Below, piece by piece: positions 59,567 to 64,000 of a stretch of DNA of 64,000 nucleotides. Source of the stretch: Candidatus Poriferihabitaceae bacterium (lineage in GTDB: Bacteria; Pseudomonadota; Gammaproteobacteria; Arenicellales; Poriferihabitantaceae); the NCBI GenBank assembly GCA_965237485.1, contig CBDEFQ010000009.1:89778-153777 (forward strand), in the 5' to 3' direction. The notes beneath the pieces are model-generated. The model had not been told where the DNA came from. It was given only the letters and a program-made list of their open reading frames with translations, and did not search any database. Both the position numbers and the translations under genes were made by a program. The number at the start of each line of letters is the position of its first letter. Position 1 is the first letter of the stretch.

Positions 59567-61117
59567 TTGTTAACTGTCTCGGAGCCATTAATCCGAGGAA
59601 ACTGTCAGGTGATTTGTATGCCTATATGTACCAAGATACGACGTTTGTGTTTAGTAGAAGGTCGCAAAGTAAGCGAGGTGTCGCGTGAATTCAATTTATC
59701 ACGCACCACTATTTATAAATATTTAAACAACGCGCCAAGCGAACCTGAATATCAGCGGTCGGTGCCAATAGTCTGTCCGAAGCTGGATAAGTTCAAACCT
59801 CAGTTGATCAATTTGCTTGAAGTGGACGCAGCTCGCTCAGTGCGAGAAAGACGTAATGCAGTTCAACTGTATGAAGAGATTGAGTTGCAAGGGTATCGAG
59901 GGGCTTATGACAGCGTTCAACGGTTTGTCAAAGCGTGGAAGGATCACTCGCGGTCATGTATTAAACAAGCATTTGTGCCATTGGTTTTTGCACCAGGTGA
60001 AGTCTGTCAGTTTGATTGGTCACATGAACAAGTCATTCTGGGTGGGTTTGGTGTCAAGATCAAACTAGCCCACTTTCGTTTATGTCATTCGCGTAAATCA
60101 TATCTTAGGGCCTATCCCAGAGAAACACAGGAGAGGGTGTTTGATGCACATATTCGGGCGTTTGATTTCTTTGAGGGCTTACCTCAGAAGATGATATACG
60201 ATCACCCTAAGACCATAGTCAGTGCATTGTTTAAGGGTAAGCGGCGTGAGTTTAATCGCCGCTTTCTAAGCCGGATGAATCATTATCTGATTGAACCGAT
60301 TGCCTGTACACCGGCAGCGGGTTGGGAGAAAGGCCAGGTTGAACGTCAGGTCGGTGTTATGCGCCAAAGGCTGTTTGTTCCACGGGTGCGCTTTGCTGAT
60401 TTAGATGAATTAAACCAATGGCTGGAGCAACGTTGTGCTCGACTTGGTGAACGCCCACACCCGACTGACAAATCAAGACTAATTGATGAAGTGTTTGCCG
60501 AGGAGCAGCCGAGCTTACGTCCCGCGATGGTAGCCTTTGATGGATATTATGAGCGTTTGGCGCGTGTGCATAAAACCGGTGTGGTGCACTACGACCGCAA
60601 TCAATACTCCGTACCCTGTCGGTATGTTGGCCAAGCTGTTTCTGTTAGAGCCTATGCAGATAGGATTAAAGTCGTGGTTGACGATGTGGAAGTGACTTCA
60701 CATGCTCGCTGTTTCGGTCGTCATCAAATGATCTTTGATCCTTGGCATTATCTGCCCGTACTGGAGATTAAACCTGGCGCATTACGCAATGGCGCACCGT
60801 TTGTTGATTGGGATTTACCCAAGGCGCTGCTAACACTCAAAAAACAGTACCTCAAACGTGATGGCGGTGACCGAGAGTTTGTACCATTGTTACTATTGAT
60901 TCACCAGCATGGCTTGGAAACAGTCACGGTGGCCTGTGAGCGGGCATTAGATGCCAATACGACTCAGCTATCAGTCATTACCAATTTGGTGCATCGGTTA
61001 ACGGAACCTGATTCGGCCCAAGTGATGACAATTACCAATGCGCCTGTATTAGCTGTCCCCTCGGCAGCGAACGTGACCCGCTATGACCCGCTGTGCGCGG
61101 AGGTGAGCCATGCTTGA
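59567..61117 (+). CDS. istA: IS21-family transposase IstA (the likely start is the ATG at 59618)
   Basis: HTH (VSEVSREFNLSRTTIYKYL), DDE core (CQFDWS.., IYDHPKT.., AGWEKGQVERQV). Confidence 0.85.
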   Translation: MLTVSEPLIRGNCQVICMPICTKIRRLCLVEGRKVSEVSREFNLSRTTIYKYLNNAPSEPEYQRSVPIVCPKLDKFKPQLINLLEVDAARSVRERRNAVQLYEEIELQGYRGAYDSVQRFVKAWKDHSRSCIKQAFVPLVFAPGEVCQFDWSHEQVILGGFGVKIKLAHFRLCHSRKSYLRAYPRETQERVFDAHIRAFDFFEGLPQKMIYDHPKTIVSALFKGKRREFNRRFLSRMNHYLIEPIACTPAAGWEKGQVERQVGVMRQRLFVPRVRFADLDELNQWLEQRCARLGERPHPTDKSRLIDEVFAEEQPSLRPAMVAFDGYYERLARVHKTGVVHYDRNQYSVPCRYVGQAVSVRAYADRIKVVVDDVEVTSHARCFGRHQMIFDPWHYLPVLEIKPGALRNGAPFVDWDLPKALLTLKKQYLKRDGGDREFVPLLLLIHQHGLETVTVACERALDANTTQLSVITNLVHRLTEPDSAQVMTITNAPVLAVPSAANVTRYDPLCAEVSHA

Positions 61118-61842
61118 ACTTGTTGATGATCTTAAAAAGCCCTTAAACTACACGGTATGGCACCATGCTTACCTGAGTTGATAGATTCGCCTCGTTCTAA
61201 AGTAACGTTGCAATCTGGGTTAATTAAATTGATGGATGCCGAGCGAACGGACCGAGAAGTGAGGTGGCTAAATTCCCTCATCACCGTGATTTACAGCAAT
61301 TTGACTTTACCCAGAGCGAAGTTGAACCAGCGCTCATCGAGGATTTGTCTCAGGCTGACTATATGGACAGAGCCCATAACCTCATCTTTGTCGGTGGCAC
61401 TGGAACAGGCAAAACCCATTTAGCTACGGCCTTAGGCATTAAAGCCATTCATTCAGGTCATCGGGTTCGGTTTTACAATGTGGTGGACCTGGTTAATCTG
61501 CTGATCAAAGAACAGCAGGATGAGAAGCAGGGGCGGCTAGCACGAATTATGCAACCGTTAGATGCGGTGATATTCGATGAGCTGGGATATTTACCCTTCC
61601 CCGCATCGGGTGGCGCACTATTATTCCACCTGATCAGCAAGCTATACGAGAAAACCTCCATCGTGTTTACCACCAAGCTTAATGTCAGTGAATGGGTGCA
61701 GGTATTTGGCGACGAGAAAATGACCACGGCTTTGCTCGACAGAGTGACTCATCATTGCTCAATTATTGAAACGGGTAACGACTCATATCGATTCAAGCAG
61801 TCTAGTGCTAAAGCAAAGCTCAAGACTGTCACTAAAAAATAA
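61110..61842 (+). pseudogene. istB: IS21 helper ATPase IstB with two frameshifts in its N-terminal third
   Basis: MLELVDDLKK (ATG overlaps the istA stop). The frame changes within an A5 run at about 61137 to ALKLHGMAPCLPELIDS..DREVR, and changes again at about 61262 to AKFPHHRDLQQFDF..GGTGTGKTHLA..VIFDELGY... Confidence 0.8.
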
Positions 61843-61927
61843 CATCGCAAGAAAGCAGGATTGATTCATCAACTCAAGTTTCGCTACGCTTCACTTGAGT
61901 TGATGATAAAGAAATATTATTGTATTT

Positions 61928-63202
61928 CACTGCTGTCCCGTTAACACTAAAGAAACAGGCCTGATTTTCTCTCAATTTGATAAAATACGTTTAGCGATAA
62001 ACCGTTGAATCAAATAGGAAAATCAGACCATGTCACATTGTAATACCGTTCTAAATCAAATACTCAAAATTGTTCCGAGACATGAATTCGAGGCACTCGC
62101 AATTCAACATCATTCGGGGCGTTCATTCCGCAGAGCGTCTCGTTGGTCACAGTTCGTGAGCCTGACTATAGCTCAATTGACTGGCCGTCATAGCTTGCGT
62201 GATATTGTTGATAATGTCAGCACTCAATCACACCGCTTGTATCATCTTGGTAGTGCCGTGTTAACGCGGTCCAATCTTTCACGCATCAATTGAGAACAAG
62301 CCTTCGAGCCTTTATGAAGCGCTATTCTCTCAATTACTCAAGCGCTGTCAGAGCAAAACGCCAGGGCATAACTTTCGTTTCAAGAATCCCCTGTATTCGC
62401 TGGACTCATCTACCATTGATCTGTGCTTATCGGTTTTCCCATGGGCAGACTTTCGATCAACTAAAGGGGCAATCAAACTGCATGTAGGCCTGAATCATGA
62501 TGGTTACTTACCTGAGTTTGTTAATATCACCGAGGGTAAATGTGCTGATGTTACTGCAGGCAGGAAAGTAGCTTTCCCGAAAGGCAGCATTGTAGTTATT
62601 GACCGTGGATACAACGACTATGCTTGGTATAAGAAATTGAATGACAAGGGAATATACTTTGTCACACGATTAAAGAAGAATGCTGCATACCGCGTTATCA
62701 AGCGACATAGTGTACGCAAGGGAACGGGACTTAGCAGTGATCAAACGATTGAATTCACGGGGGTCAAAGCAGCAAAGGAGTGTTCGATTCGATTACGCCG
62801 TATTGGTTATCGCGATGCCACTACAGGCAAGCATTATGTGTTTTTAACCAACCACTTTAAGCTCAGTGCTCAAACTATCGCCGATATTTATAAAGCCAGA
62901 TGGCAGGTGGAATTATTCTTCAAGTGGATCAAGCAGAACTTAAAGGTGAAGTCATTTATCGGCACCAGCAAGAACGCAGTATTGACCCAAATATGGATTG
63001 CGTTATGTATTTACCTAATACTGATGTTCATCAAATTGCAGTCGAAGGCGGGCAAAACGATGCAACAAATATTGAGGGTATTGCAGCTTAATTTGTTTGA
63101 AAAACGTGATTTAATGGCACTGTTGCGAGGGGACCCGATGCATCACCCAAACCTTAACCCTAATCAATTTTCGTTGCTGTGAAAGTTAACGGGACAGCAG
63201 TG
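61928..63202 (+). mobile_element. IS4-family insertion sequence, copy 3
   Basis: 9-bp target duplication ATTGTATTT at 61919-61927 and 63203-63211. 1275 bp because of a 1-nt insertion. Confidence 0.9.
62030..63182 (+). pseudogene. IS4-family transposase inactivated by a 1-nt insertion
   Basis: CGCATCAATTGAGAAC versus CGCATCAATGAGAAC in copies 1 and 2 (extra T at about 62290). The ORF is split into 62030..62293 and later pieces. Confidence 0.85.
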
Positions 63203-63264
63203 ATTGTATTTAATTGTTCAGTTTTACTCGCTGACAGGTGTCCAGTTTTAAACGCTGATTGACA

Positions 63265-63629
63265 TTCAAGCAGCTATCAGCGCCGTACACGCACACTCAA
63301 GTAGCCATAAAGAGACTGATTGGGAGCAAATCTATTTACTCTATCAAAAGCTAAGCCAATACGACTACTCTCCCGTTGTTTTGCTCAACGCCGCGGTAGC
63401 GCTATCATTTGCAAACAATGCGCAGGCAGGGCTTGAGGCAATGAACAATATTCAGCAGGCGCAGTTACTAGAAACCTATCAGCCTTGGCACGCCGCTAAA
63501 GCGGATATGCTCACACGGGCAGGAAAACTGCAACAGGCAAAGCGAAGTTACCAGCGCGCGATTGAACTAACCGAAAATGAAGCAGACTTGGCTTTCTTAC
63601 GCGAGCAACATGCTAAGTTATTGAATTAA
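63265..63629 (+). pseudogene. C-terminal part of an ECF-sigma-factor-like protein (SigJ/DUF6596-type tail), 5' part removed at the IS21 boundary
   Basis: Frame open from the IS21 end: QAAISAVHAHSSSHKETDWEQIYLLYQKLSQYDYSPVVLLNAAVALSFANNAQAGLEAMN..YQPWHAAKADMLTRAGKLQQAKRSYQRAIEL... This follows the pattern LQAAIAA.HA....TDW..I..LY..L....PSPVV.LNRAVA recalled for this family. Confidence 0.5.
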
Positions 63630-63946
63630 AGCTGAGAAATTAAGCCTTCACTTACCGCTCTTGCGGCTTGCTCCCATGTAGAGCGCAACACGCTGGGTTG
63701 TACGAAAAAATCGTCTAAATATTGCCTCGCCACAGGATTGTTTTTAATCGACAGACGCAGATCATAGTAAGTTACCTTTTGCGGTATCGTCACTTCAGTG
63801 TTCATTGTTACATTTTCAATCGTGCTTTCATCTGACAATGCAATAGGCTTGAAAGAGCTGCATGCTGTAAGTGAAAACATAAAACAAAGTAGTGCGACAG
63901 CCCTAACTACTTTGTGCGGTTGGGTTGCATACCCTGGGCTACTCAT
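63626..63946 (-). CDS. Hypothetical lipoprotein (106 aa)
   Basis: Signal peptide with lipobox FSLTAC. No family recognised. Confidence 0.5.
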   Translation of the reverse strand: MSSPGYATQPHKVVRAVALLCFMFSLTACSSFKPIALSDESTIENVTMNTEVTIPQKVTYYDLRLSIKNNPVARQYLDDFFVQPSVLRSTWEQAARAVSEGLISQL

Positions 63947-64000
63947 TAACTACGCTAGTGAGGGCGGTAATAGTTGAAAATTATCTAACTCCCATACAGG

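Larger units (their letters stand above)
59502..63264 (+). mobile_element. IS21-family element with a nested IS4 copy in its right terminal-repeat region
   Basis: Outer ends TGTTGAACAGCGTGCAAAAATGAACAG (59502-) and the complement of TGTCAATCAGCGTTTAAAACTGGACAC (-63264). Second internal repeats on both sides (..ATCAGCGTACAAAACTGAACACC / ..CAGCGAGTAAAACTGAACAAT). Has istA plus istB. Confidence 0.7.

Overview
The housekeeping blocks look like a moderately AT-rich gammaproteobacterial chromosome. About half of the window is insertion-sequence (IS) DNA.

Conserved housekeeping blocks:
- ppk2, FAD-oxidoreductase, pdxH, mltD (14.6-19.2 kb)
- rimI (interrupted), holD, leuA (19.2-23.1 kb)
- addB-addA (29.1-35.1 kb)
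- nagZ, L,D-transpeptidase, LMW phosphatase, spoT, rpoZ, gmk, yicC (45.5-51.7 kb)
- a Hanks-type kinase, gyrB, ahcY-metK (52-58.3 kb)

IS content:
- Three copies of a 1274-bp IS4-family element, each with its own 9-bp target duplication.
- Three copies of a 1394-bp IS256-family element, plus a second degenerate IS256 type.
- Two inverted copies of a 1706-bp IS1380-family element.
- An IS1111-type IS110 element split by IS256.
- Broken elements: IS66, IS21 (one remnant, one with a broken istB and a nested IS4), IS3, and an rve-type IS present as two fragments.
- An ISNCY-like element, and an IS91-family element that carries a tyrosine recombinase.
- Positions 1-14.3 kb are almost entirely nested IS debris.

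Positions 35.2-45.3 kb look like the decayed remainder of an integrated element next to tRNA-Ser(UGA). This region holds a frameshifted large serine recombinase whose 3' end overlaps the tRNA, a truncated SNF2 helicase, and an orphan Rap1a/Tai4-like periplasmic protein. It also holds a 29-nt duplicate of the tRNA 5' half.

I did not find a CRISPR array, an rRNA gene, or an intact multi-gene system of unknown function. The most interesting signals are:
- the tRNA-Ser / serine-recombinase junction
- a relE-type toxin whose antitoxin frame has no start codon
- a 19-bp perfect palindrome whose arms copy the terminal repeat of the ISNCY-like element
- a cysteine-rich triple-repeat ORF fragment
- a candidate bridge-RNA end in the IS110 element
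- an unexplained ~880-nt non-coding stretch upstream of metK

All family assignments come from reading the translated ORFs by eye. No database search was run.
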